Below the pieces are notes generated by a model. The model was not told the origin of the DNA. It was given only the letters and a program-made list of their open reading frames with translations, and searched no databases. Of a DNA stretch of 57,368 nt, positions 26,901 through 40,645 are shown piece by piece. The position numbers and the translations under genes were made by a program. This stretch comes from Seison nebaliae (taxonomy: Eukaryota). The DNA lies in assembly GCA_023231475.1 (NCBI GenBank), contig JALJEE010000735.1, forward strand, positions 124,001 through 181,368, in the 5' to 3' direction. The number at the start of each line of letters is the position of its first letter. Positions within the stretch are counted from its first letter, which is position 1.

Positions 26901-29900
26901 ACTTCAAATAATCCAATTGGAAAATTCATTGGAAAGAATGTTGAAGATAAATAGAAGTGATAACTAAATATTAGTCTTATAATGATAGTTAATTAACCTT
27001 AGTTTATTTGCAAGTTAATAATGATTCATTAAACGATATCATTCCAATGTCGAACATTAGCGATTTCCTTGGCATTTAAAACAAAATTAGATAGAAAATG
27101 GTCTTATCTTAATGTCCAAATGAGATTTTTTACTTAAAAACTAGGTTTTCCGTCAAACGTTAATGAGAAAAATCATTACTTCTCAAATATCATAACAAAC
27201 ACCTTAAAAGATCTCGATTGATGATATAGAGTTGATAACAGTAAACATAAACTTTCAATCTTATATAATCATCGATACTAAAAAATTCGTTCAATTATTT
27301 ATTATTTATTTATAAAAACAAATAAATATAAAAAATAATATTTGAATCCATAAAGAAGACGAATTATTTTCTTTTCTTCAAAATTACAATTTCTATACTA
27401 TGGTCGTTGATTAGATATGATTAGTCATCAGTTTACTCAGCAAACAAAAATTTAAATAATTTCCTTTTCTTTTCGTTCTTTTTCGTTGTTAGATCTGTAT
27501 AAATACATCAGCATAATGATATTCAAATTAGTAATATACCACAAAATTTAGATTTAATCACTTTCTTATAATCCTATATTCATTTATCTCAATTAAAATA
27601 TTTGAGAAAAACTTAGTATAGTATTGAGAAAACTAAATTTGTTCAGCTCATATGAAATCTTATGATAAAGAATCGGAAAACTTTTCTTGCCATTTCCTTT
27701 TTCCTTCATCATTTGTTAATACACTAAAAATCGAAATAATTGAACCCATCACAAACTTATCAATCGATCATGATCAATTTTTATTGATTCTTCCGATATA
27801 TCGATCTAATGTAAACGGAATATTTTTGTTAATCATGTTCTACATAAACTATTCCGTCTAACACGTCAATCACAGTTAACAGAAGACATACGGTACAGAA
27901 GAGAAATAGTAAAGGAAATATTTCGGAAATGAAATTGAGACGAACCAGACAACGATAATCAGTACCAATTTGTCACGGTAGCAATAATTGACTCAGAGAG
28001 AACGAAGAAGACGAACAACAATATTTAAGAACGATTAAACTCTTATATCTAAAATAAATAATATTTCATTCTTTTACAGTTGAATTGAATATACATCTCC
28101 AGGAAGACATCTTCCTCCAATGTAGTGGAAAAAATAATAATAAAAGCGATTCTGTGTGTTTCCCTTTCTCTTTGGAGAGGAATTGATAATAAATAAAAGT
28201 TAACATTATTTACGAAATTATTTTTGTTGAACCTCTACCCACCAGCTTGATTACATGAGTAAGAAAATGTGGGAAAGAGTTTCTCTTTTTCTTAGGTAAA
28301 TTAACGAGAATTTTGAATAATAGAGACAAAAAAAAAGTCAATAAATAGTTAAATCAACCAAAGTGTGATTCGACGTGAGAAGTATGGTGGCGAAACCGAT
28401 ATCATCGAATGGAAAAATTCCCAGTGCCGTTCCACAATTATCGTTGCTATAAGCTACTATTTACTTCATATTATGTCCTATCAACGTTAGTTTGTGGATA
28501 TTTTAGATGGCACTTGATTTATTTGACTCTCATTCGTTAAGTCGTGGCTTTTCCCTCTTATTTTTTTTTAGTTTCAAGACTTTTCTGCTGGATATTTCTT
28601 TAACGTTTAACCAGAAATCTTGACAGAATCTACGATAATATCCATTGCACAACAAATATATTCAATTTTATAAATTACTCGAATAAAAAATTAGTCGAAC
28701 ACAATAATGATATTTTCAGAAGGATAAGAATTGAATAATAAACTATTTAAAATTTGTGATAGAAATAAAAGAATGATTATAAAAATAAACTATTATTTTC
28801 TGTTTTCAAAGAAGACCAAATGTGTTTCCATTCTAGTTAAACTGAGGACTAAAGAAAACATTCGTTCTTCAGTCTTTTCGCAGACAATAGAAATAACACG
28901 CAGGAAATGTTCAACTATAAATTATTTCACTATTAATCAGAAGTTTCCCGTAAATTGAAGTGGTAGTTATTAAATAATATTAAAATAATATCGATACTAC
29001 CGATTTTCCGTTGTCATAGTAAACTAATATAATAAGCCATTGAGTAAAAAGTTACTCCGCTTCTCAGTTATTCAGAACGCCGAGAATAAATTACAGATGC
29101 ATAATAATTCGTGTAAAATTTATGCAAGGTAGAAAAAACTTTCCCAATAACAGTTGAAGCATCTATGATAGAAATCGGAGAGAAATGATTGACAGTGCAT
29201 ACATAGCTTCTAATAAAAACAAGTTTCGTCTGAAAATTTCTTAATAAAATTCACTTCATCCCTAAGAAAACATTCGGTTGAAAATAAATCTCTTCACGAT
29301 AATTTTCTGTTTTTTTGATGAATAAATGACATTTAAAAATTGTCACTGTTTAATTTCATATACTCAATTTATTCACGAACATTATTATAGTCCTAATGGG
29401 ATATAATTACAACTTATCTATCGAATAATGATGAAAGATAATTATCAAAATCTTAATATATAATTTATATACCGAAAAAAAAAAGACTTTCAAATTTTCA
29501 GAAATTGAGAAGAATAATAAATTGAGAGATAAACAAATAAACAACATGATGAGAATTATATTTACTGCAAGATTTATGCTCCATTTTAAGAAAATCGAAG
29601 TAATTGCTCACTTCATTAAATGATAATCATAAATGGAGAAAACTTTTTAAAAAATATTGAAGTTTATTTAATTCGAAACTAATTAACCATTTTATATTTA
29701 TGGTATATAATTAGATTATATAATAAATAAATAAAAAAAATATATATGTATATATATATATATAATTAAATAAAGCTTTTAATTATTTAAAGATATTGAT
29801 GAAAAATTGGAAATAAAATGATTCAGTTGGAATGTCACTTGCTTCAGTGTTTGAAACAGATGAAACCGTTTGACTGTTAAAGATAGATAAGTTAAAATTT

Positions 29901-31346
29901 ATCTTTCTCCCAACATCATCTTCATACATCAACTCAACAAATTTTGTTGAAGTTGAAGGAAAGATTTTGAATAAAACTTTTGGTTCAGTTTTATTTTGTC
30001 ATATAAAAACAAAGATGGGACAATGAAGAAGACAGAAGAGAATAATATGAAACTATCGAACTTACAATAAGAACGATGGTAAGTAGTTCTTCGATGATAT
30101 GTTGAGTCGTTCAAGGACAATAATTGTACATCGCTTGAACTGATTTTCTTCATGTTTCGCCTCTTCATACTTCGTTCTAGTTCGATGCTATACAATCGTA
30201 ATCAGAAATCTCGAATTGATCGTTAACCAATAAAACAATTTAATAGTTTCCTTTTTTCCTCTTGTTTGCGATTTGTTACTTACTAACGCGGTTTTACAAA
30301 TGAGGATTTCTTTCTTCTCTTTGACAGTTATGTGAGAAATGGAAGAGAAATATTAATATTCCCTCATTCATTATTGAAATGATGCGAATATTATTTATAT
30401 TCGATGAGTTACATAGAAAATATTGATACAACATCCTGATCACATATTCCGAAACTTTTCTGAATATTTTCATAAATAAACAAATATTGCTAGTTCTGTA
30501 CTGGCATTCTCAATTGACATGATTCATCTAACGAGAAATAGTTGATATGCTTCTCAAACAGTATATATTACTGTATCTTATATAACCTATTCACAATATA
30601 TCCCTAAAATAATTTCCCAATGGACAAATTGATAAACTATTTAATTTTAATGAAATTGTGTAAAATTTTACATTTCAACTTAAAATTGTTGTGGATTCAG
30701 TTCAGAGGGAGGAGCGAAAGAAATAAACATCAAATTTAGAACTGTTACAAATTTGGCATTTTGAAGTTTTAGCCGTCGAAATGAGAATTAGCAATATGCA
30801 ACTTATATCCAATCCGTTAGCCATTAGTCAAATTAGTTTCAAGGGCCTTGAAGCCCAACAATTTTCCAACTGTCGAACTATTGAAATAAAAAAAAGATAA
30901 TTTACAATAACGTTTCTTTTATTAATAAATCACAGGGCAAATTAAATAGAAAAAAGGATAACTCTTTAAAAGAGTTATTTATAATGATTCATAAGATTCC
31001 TTCTTGATTCCAATTCATTCTTTATGATTTTAGATATATAAGAATCCATAGAAGAGTTTGATACTAGCTGAACAGATAGCATTTTGATTTAAAATATATT
31101 TCATCCGCTGATTAATTGTTCCATCAATTCCACAATTTTTTCTTAATCCAAATTTTCTTTTTAATTTTTTTTATTACATTTTAATCAATTTTCTCATGAT
31201 ATAGAAGGAAGCAAAATTTGATTGGGAATATAAAAATGATTGATGGAGTCTAGTAGAGCTCAATTTAACAAATTGAATAAAAGAAGTTTCCGGTCAATGA
31301 AGAAATTCGAATTTTGGGTTTAATACTAATTATTTATTAATTTCAC

Positions 31347-31963
31347 ATGGCTCGTCGTCGTAAAACAAAAAAGTCTAATAACTCAAATCCGAATGCGGTA
31401 AGAAGAAAATTCAATGCATTGAAAATAAAGAAACAGAGTCGTATTAAATGTGACTTGCTACAACCAGTTTGGAATGATCATTTATCGATAAACAAGAATA
31501 TGAAAGATGTGGGAATATCGAATGATCCAAATCAAATTCCATTAAAAGATACGGAGAGAACAGTTAATAATTGAATTTTTGTATACGAATATATAATTAT
31601 TTGGAGCATAGGAGAAACATAAAATAATTTTAGATTCGATTAAAGATTTCGCTAACAGCCATGAGAAAGCTGATGCTAAATGTACAACATACGAAGAAGA
31701 GTTAACTGAAATTTTTTGAGAAATTTATTTAATGAATTAAAAGATTTCTGAGTTATTTGTTAGATAAATATGGAGAATTCGAATTGGACAATTCGACGAT
31801 TGATATGTCGAAAGTAGATTGGGAGAAAATGCGATTCGACCGTCGTAATATTTATCAATATACACCATCGCAATTAAGAAAAATGATGAAGAGATTTGTA
31901 AATAATCGAAAACAATTCGGCAAATATGTCCAATGTAAAATAAAGAGTATTGAAGGAAAATAA
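31347..31963 (+). CDS. NOP16: Nucleolar protein 16; exons 31347-31562, 31612-31700, 31744-31963
   Basis: Basic N-terminus, WNDHLSINKNMKDVGISNDPN and DKYG...WEKMRFDRRNIYQYTPSQLR match Nop16. Confidence 0.88.
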
Positions 31964-31965
31964 AT

Positions 31966-34206
31966 TTATAATTGTTCTCGAAATGTTTTGGTGACACGAA
32001 TCGTTTTGAAAATTTTCTGAACTGCATTTTGGAATTTTTTTCTTCCTCTACGATAATCTCCCATTTCGTCAGTGATGTCGAATGTGTTAGGTAGCGGATG
32101 ACAAGTTCCAACGAAGGAACAATTTATAATTTCACTCTGATTGTCAATGTCGTTTTGAAGAGATTTCTTTCTTTCTTTAATCACATTGTAAAGAACGAGA
32201 CTACTTTGTGGTTGTTTGTCATGTTTTATCGAGTTCAATTCTCTCAAACTTTTCCATTTTTTCGAATTGCCTTTCTTAATTGTTGTTGATGATGATGATG
32301 ATATGGAATATATTGATGTTGATGATTGACAACTTTTTAATTGTCGACATTTACAATCATTAAAAACTGACATTGATGATAAAACAGTAGTTGCTAATTC
32401 ACTAATAATACGCCAATCTCGGTAAATATCATTTCTCGTTGTAAATTGTGAAGTAATTGTGAAACGTATGACAAAGATACCGGAAAGACTTGCAGGAACT
32501 ACATGAACTTTTCCACTTCGATTCATTGATCGTAATAATAATTCTGTCCAGAAATTTCCCACTTTTAATGCAAAAACCACTAATCCTAAATTACGTTTAA
32601 AGGGCATGATAAATCGTGAATCTTGTCGCACTAGACTTTCAAAATATTCAGCTAATTGAATACTTGATCGTATGTGATTCTGTAATCCTTCAATACCGAA
32701 TGTTCGAAGTACCGTCCATAATTTCAATGAACGAAAACGTCGACTTAACGGTACTTGCCAATGCATATAATCGATAGCACAACCAGTTTTATGATGACGT
32801 AAATAAATGGGTTGAACGTTAAATGCTTTATGTAATAAATTACTATTAGCAACCCACATAGCTGTACAATCGAAATGAACCAATAACCATTTGGAGGGAT
32901 TAAATGCAAACGAATCACATTTCTCAATTCCTCTCATCGGTTCTCGCAATTCCGGACAAATGAACGCTGCACCTGCATATGCTGCATCGACATGTAACCA
33001 TAATCCTTCTTTCTCACATATTTGACCAATTCCATATAAATCATCAAATGCACATGCACCAGTAGTGCCGAGAGTACAAACGACATGAAAAGGAATTAAA
33101 CCATTTCGACGATCTTCATCAATCGCTTCTTGCAATGTCTCTCGTTTCAATGACAAAGAACGATCATCACTTTTTAACAATCGTAATTTGACTAAGGCGA
33201 TCAAGTTCGATTTCTCTACACTACAATGTGCTTGATCCGAACAATAACTCACTAATTTCCCGTTAATTTCTGATGTCGTCATCCCAAAATTACTTTTACG
33301 TAATTCATTTATAATTTCCGATCTTGCTGCTAAAACTGAAACAAACATAGCATCACTAGCTGTCGTTTGTATGATTCCTCCACCAGTCGTCGTCGATTTT
33401 TCATGAAGGAAAATATCAGGCAAACCGATCATTTTCCCTTGAAAATTAAATATTTAATAATTCAAATAGATCAATTTCATTCTAACCTAACCAATCCATT
33501 ACAATGATTTCTAATTCAGTACATGCCGGACTAGCAGCCCAAGTAAAACCGAGACAATTAATCGCATCAGCTAACATGTCTCCCAAGAGAGATGCATAAG
33601 AGTTTAATGCAGGAAAATAAGCATGATTATATGGTGACTGCCAATGAGTAATCTATATTGAGATAAATGAAATTATTTATGAAAAAGAATTGGAAACTCC
33701 GGGCATAATAAATTGATCGAAATCATCCATAATTTTTTGCCACGACTCTCCTTGAACGGGTGCTTGATTAGGGAGAAGTTCTCTCAAATATCCAGGTTCC
33801 ACATTAGGAAAAACTCGTTTATCACGAATAGTTGTCAAATAATTGGAGATATAATGAATTAAATTCTTACCTGAAAAAAATTTTTTTTTTAATTTTATTC
33901 AATTTAATTAATTCCTTCTATTTTAAGGAAACCTTCTCGTTGATAATCGGAAGAAGTTAACAGAGGTTGATGACTGAATTGATCAGGATCATCAGCTGAT
34001 GATGTGACTGATGATGAATTACCAGTGAAAAAGGATGAATGTTTTGAGAATTTCGATTTAATACTGTGCGAACTGAGATGAGGGAATGATGGCAATTGGA
34101 GAAATTCCGAATCGGACGATCGCTTCATTTCTGTGAAATTCGTATGATTTTGGTTGAAATTTCTTCTTGGGAAGAACTGATGTAGAAAATTAAAGAATTG
34201 ATCCAT
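31966..34206 (-). CDS. HDC: Histidine decarboxylase (PLP group II); introns 33932-33871, 33697-33653, 33486-33438; start codon uncertain
   Basis: [57 protein letters not shown], the HDC-type PLP motif FNPSKW and [19 protein letters not shown]. Confidence 0.9.
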
Positions 34207-35148
34207 TTAGTAGAAGAATGATAAGGAATGCGTTGAGAAAAGGAAAATGATATGGAGAAAAAAAAGTTAAATGTTTCCAATAGTTTTACCAACCAAATCA
34301 ACATTTGAGTCATGATCGATAATTAATTTTCATATCACATAAACATTATCCCATCACGACATTATGATCTGCTAATGATCGGATTATATTTTAATAAACG
34401 AATAAATTTCTTTTTCTAATTATTCCATCTTCCGTAAAGAAATGAATGTTATTATAAATTTAGTGATTTTAAGTCAGGAAATAGTTTTTAGTTTTTATTA
34501 GAAAAATTAGAAAGAAAGTGAATAATAATTAGAATAATATTAATTATTGAAATAAAAGAAGAAGAATAAGAGTTTGTGGAGATAAAGAAAAAGAAAAAAA
34601 ATCTCTGAAGAAAACTGAAATTGTCGTAACGGAAAAATGGAGGAATAAAAAGAAAAATAAAAGTTTTATAAACGGAATTCTCGTAAGAACAATAGAAATT
34701 CAAAAAGAATTTAACAAATGTTTATCCACAACTCCTTCGGATCAGTAAAGTGAAATTTATTGATTTATGAAAATGAAAATGAGATCAACTTTATATGGAA
34801 AATAACTTTGTTTGTCGGTTTCGTGTATAGAAAGGAGGAGAGTTAACATGAAAGAAAATTGAATTAAGAGAATGATTAAAATTTTTCAAATTTTGTCGAA
34901 AGATAAGAAGAAGAATTAGGATGATAACAATAATCATTAGAAATGATAATTAGATGAAGGCGATGAAGAAGGAAAAGAAAAGAAACTATCGTCAAAACTT
35001 GATTTGTTGAGGAATAATTTGAAAATGAAAAAATGGATTGAATGAAAAGAATTTAAGAAATTTTGTGTGGTGAATCGTTTTGTTGTTTGTTGAAACGATA
35101 TGAAGATGATGATGATGGAAGGAGAGGAAATTAACAATATAATTTTAA

Positions 35149-36505
35149 TCATGATTTACACGAATAATCTGTTAGACGACCATTATTCTTATTATTACCA
35201 TTCATTCCATCACTCAATAAATTAGATGACGATTCTCCTGTCGTTGTTGACATGGATGTAAATGGTTGCTGATTGATATGCATATTGTTCATATGGGAAG
35301 AGAATGACGAATTGAATATAACATCATTCATATAATAATTGTTTTCATTATTCAAATTATCATTAACTGTTGATGATGTAGATGGAATTGTAGATAGACT
35401 TTCTGTTAAATTTGAAGAAGTAGTGCTTGTTGTCGCTAATAATCCTCGAACGTTATCCGATTGTTCCTGGAATAAAATATCAGCTGATGTTGATACTGAT
35501 GTTATGGTCGGATTAAGTTTCGTCGATGATAAAGAGAGTGAAGATATTGAGGATGTGGAAGGTTTCTTTTCATTCTTCACTAAATATTGATTATTATTCA
35601 AATTGGAAATAGATTTAGTTTTCTTCAAATTATTCGTTCCATTACTCTGATTTTTGTTATGAGTCGTGAGATGATTATCTATTGATTGATCTGATAAATC
35701 CACTGGATCAATAACGTTCGATTGTTGTGAGAATTGTATTGGTGGTTGAAGAGATAAATTGGACGTGTTATTATTTTGTAAATTATGTTGTTGTGTATTG
35801 ATGGCTTGAGCGGCAGCAGTACGAGCTAAATCTTGACTTTTATCTTCTTCTCTCTTTCTTAGACAAGCAGAACGAGGATTCAAATTGCGACGACGTACCT
35901 GCATCTCCAACTCATTAATAACTACAACGGCTTGTTGTAAAATTGATAATTTAGTTTGTTGTCTATCGTTCGATGCATGAATTGAACACATTCGTCCCAA
36001 TTCTTTGAATGCATCATTTATATCACGTACACGCAAACGTTCTCGAGCATTATTTGCAGCTCTTCTTTCCTTATCTTTACTGTTCGACGAAATTGGCGTT
36101 GTTTGATACGATTGTGGATTAGAAGAATCGATCATTGACTGATTCTGCAACATCGAATCCGGTGTGCAAGTGACAGTTGTCGACAAGTTGGAAGTGGAAG
36201 AAGACGAAGAAGTCAATGGAACCGAAATAGAAGATGATGGTGACGTATTCGATGAAGCTGTTGAGGATGATGGATTATTATTCCTAAATTTTATATCACC
36301 AAAATCATTCGGTTGACTTAAATTATTTGGGTGGAGTTCAGGACGTTGGGAATGAATAAATTGAGATATAATCGTCGGATTTACAAACTGATTAGGATTT
36401 TGCTGAAAAGTCGTATTCACAAATAAATTATCCGTCGTTCCAAAAAGATTTGATGGATTAGTTTGAGGTGATAAATTTTTTATCAAATTATTGTTGTTGT
36501 TATTA

Positions 36506-36537
<32 letters not shown>

Positions 36538-37853
36538 GTTGTTGTTGTTGTTGTTGTGTGGAGGGATATCAGCAATATTATCATTCAAATTGTAATTATT
36601 CGACAAGTTACTTTCCCCAGAATTCACATCGTTCAATTGTTGAGATTGTTGGTGTTGATGTTTTTGAGAAGTTTCGGATGTGAAGCTTTCCTTTTTCACT
36701 TGATAATCATCGAGCGGTGTCACATGCTGATCATTCAATGATTGTTGTTGTTGTTGTTGTTGTTGATAAGAATTAATGTTGTCAGTCGTTCTCGAATCTT
36801 CGGGTAGAAAAGTCATTGAATTTTGTTGATCGGAATTCATTTGATGTTGTTGATGGAAATATTGTTGATATTGTTTCATCGTATTCTCATCATACGTCAT
36901 ATAAGGAAGCATAGATGATGAGAAATTTCCATTAGGATTACTATCATTCGGATTAGGCATTCTACAAATAAAATTGTTAAATTTAAATTTAAAATTCCCT
37001 AACAACATCTGAGAAAGATATTCAGCATTGTATGGTAAAATATCAGCACCATAAGAATTTTTTGTCTTTCCATTATCCACCAACGACAACGGATAATTGT
37101 CGAGATTATCTAGAAAGAGATTATAATGAAAATAAATCATAAAAATAAACTTTTTCCATTAGTAAAAGAAGAATCATCATTTCCTGAATGTAAATAAGGA
37201 GAAGAAAACGATGGCATGAACGATTGCTGTTGTTGCTGTTGTTGCTGTTGAGCAGCTACCGCAGCTACCAAAGTTTGATGGACATAAGGACCATCAAATG
37301 AATTTAAATTATTTGTATCATAATAATTTGTTGAGTTCAATCCGAGATTCGATACATCACTTGTGATCGTTGTTGTACTCGTCATAATATTCGAAGATTG
37401 ATTATTATCAAATTGTTGTTGTTGTTGTAGATAATTATTGATGAATTGTTCTTCCGAATTATTTCTTTCTTCGACAGGATTGGTCGTTAATTTTGAAGAA
37501 TTGCCAAATCCTCCATAATTTTCGTCAAACGATGTTTCTAATAAATCCGAAATATTTTTATTATTTTTCACCAAATCATTATTCAAATGAGAAATATTTG
37601 GAATAATCTTCTCATTCCGTTTAGAACAAAATCGTTTATTATCTAATTTTTCTGATGACTCCTCACTCTCAATATCGCCATCACTTATCATATTATCATC
37701 ATCAATTCCATCCAACATATCTCCATTCCTATAGTCAACGTAATTGATTTGTGATAAGGGAGTAGATGACATAAACGGACTATTATTATGCATATCCGCA
37801 CTCTTCCCATGCAAACTTCGAGAAGCCTTCAATTTTCCACTTCGAACTTCCAT
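35149..37853 (-). CDS. da: Class I bHLH E-protein (daughterless/TCF3-4-12); intron 37150-37110, probable in-frame intron 37003-36962; 5' end uncertain
   Basis: [28 protein letters not shown]...[38 protein letters not shown]. Confidence 0.93.
36488..36556 (-). repeat. (AAT/AAC)n trinucleotide tract encoding poly-Asn in the E-protein
   Basis: Visible microsatellite. Similar tracts occur at about 3330-3385 (BCL11) and 38963-38991 (non-coding). Confidence 0.9.
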
Positions 37854-40645
37854 TAAATTGATATCAAACAATTTCTCTTAAGTTTAAGGAACTCGAACTA
37901 ATGTTCTCATATCGAAAGAAGAATTTCCAACGTAAAAAAATAAAATTTATCTTATTAACCTACACATGACACACCACCCTCATACAGTTGCATACAAATA
38001 AACGAGATACATATCGCTAAAAGATATGGAGTTCCTTCCTCCCCTTCATATAATTTACTTATCTGCTTTTTCAATTTCAAGAAACTTTTCCTTTTTATTA
38101 TCATACAAAATTTTCATGAGAATTATTGTAGATTATTTTATTTTATTTATTTCTTACATATTTCTTCATATACATACGCATGTCAATGCACATATTTTAT
38201 CAACTTCAACGTACGTGTAACTGAAAGATGGAACTGTGCGAAGCAGACAGAGACCAATAAAAAGAGACAGAGACATAGAAAGCTTTATATAACAACGATG
38301 ACATATTGATATATCTAGTGACAAGATCTTCCAGACTTCAATCCCAAGAAGAGAAAAAAGAAGAAGTGGAATAAACACTTCGAAAGTGAATGTCGTTTTA
38401 TTTAAAATTCAGTTCTTTACTTTTATCAAATCTCTTCTCTTATTCTCTTTTGTGTGTTTTTCAAATTTTGTCTTTCCTTCTCTTTCCGTGTAGGCGATGC
38501 ATTTCCATTTCACATAGACACACCCATGCATCTCTTCCACTTTTTTTTGTTAATGATCAGACTCATCTCTACTCTAATCATTGTAATCAGAATGCACGAT
38601 TGGGAACTTCAATCCTCCTCCAAAATCATGGTACAAGGCTTTCAATTTCAAACTTTTAAATCAATCTTTCAATTACAAATGATGCAAAGTAAATTTTTCC
38701 AAAATATTTTTCTATATTTATTCGATTTCCCTTTAATATCTTCCAGCTATCCATTATAATAATTGATAATTACTATTTTAATGACATATCTTATTCCAAA
38801 CAAAGTTCTATATCGAAAAATTACTTGACTAATAAAATATAAATTCAATTCAATCTCATTCATTAAGCATTCTCTCCTATATAATTGCTAATTCATAAAA
38901 CTGTTAGATAAAAAGTCAACTACTTTTTTTTATTATCTTTTTATGGAAGAGAAATTTGGAAGATAATAATAATAATAATAATAATAATAATCGTTTCACA
39001 TATTCTCTTTTTAATTGAAAAATGTGCATCTATTCATTTTCATTCATAAGAAGAAGAAGAAATTAAATAACACATTTTACTTATGATAATGATTTTCTTC
39101 CCTTAATTTCTTTCGTATGAAAAATAATATTTTTCATATCGGCAAAAATATTTACAGTAATATGGGAGATATTGAACTTCCTACTTTCTTCTACACATTC
39201 GAATAAGAAGAATTCGATTAAATCTACATTCATAAGTACAATCATACATAATGAGAGACATATGTAAAATATGAGTTCTATAAGTTATTATGATTTGGGA
39301 GAGAATCATAAATCTTCTCATTTGATTATTTGGAAAACGTTTATCTCAATTAATTTGCATTTAGAATCTCTGGAAAATCGATTAAGATAAATTACTTTAG
39401 AATAACATTAAATTAAGAAAATATTGTTTTTTCATGATTTGCCAAATCATTCATTCCCTTCGCTCTTTTCCATCTATTTAATGGGATATGAATTATACGA
39501 ATTAAACGATCGTCTCTTTAGAATGAATAATGCATTTTCCATTCGGAAGTTGAGAAATGAACTCAACAAAGTTGTTCGTTGAGAGAAAGTGCACAGTTAG
39601 TTAACATTTCCTCTCCGAGAAACGAAACGTTGTCGTTCTTATTCGAATTCAGTTTTCTTTGTTCCCTATGAAAAATATTGGGATATGCATTTGACTTAAC
39701 AATCAATTTCTCGTGAGAGAGTTATCAGATGTTTATATTCATAATTCTCTTGATCGCTCAATTTGATTATATTTCCATCTTCTCCTTTCTCAACTTCACA
39801 ATGATGATAGGAGAATGATAATGTGCAGTAGACAAGATGAGAGGCAACCATTTCAAGCCCATTTTCAATAAGAACATTCCCGTCAACTTCAACATGCCGA
39901 TGAAATAAATGTGTCTTCTTTCATCCTTATTTCCAATCTGCTACTGTCATGCAATCAACTCAATCGAGCACTAGCGCTGAATTTGACGTCTACACACACT
40001 TCTTTCTCTTTCTCGCCAATTTTACTCGTTTTAGTCTTCATCCAATTCTTCATAGTCGATTTCCGCACAAAATTACTTTATTCAAAATTAATTGTATCGT
40101 AAATAAAAATAATTTAAAGTTTATTCAAATAAATATTAATATATAAATAAAAGATGTGTCATATCAGAGAAATCGACGAAACTGAAATCGATTCTTCAAC
40201 AAATAATTAAAACAAAAAGAAACAAAATTTTTTTGATAAACATGTTTCGCAAATTGATATGTTTTGCCATAGTGCTCGTTTGAATATATATATATATATA
40301 TGAAATTATATATAAATATGAGGAAGAAGAGGAAAATGCTAAGAAAGAATGATAGGATAGAATGATTAAAAGAACAGTCAATTAAAATATATTTCAATTG
40401 AACTCCGCTAATTCATTTTAGTAGCAGAGTAATAAAATAGAACTCGGATGAATTTCAAAAAAATTATATTATACGCAAATATTTAACACAATCTTTATAT
40501 GAGTTTTGAAGAAAGTGAAGAAAATAGAAATGATTGAATTAGATCGATAATTATTGTGAGAGATGAATCGATTGAAATAATTGAATTATCTAATTTAATG
40601 GAATTGACATTGGAGGAATGTTTATTGCTTTTTTTTTTAAAGTTC

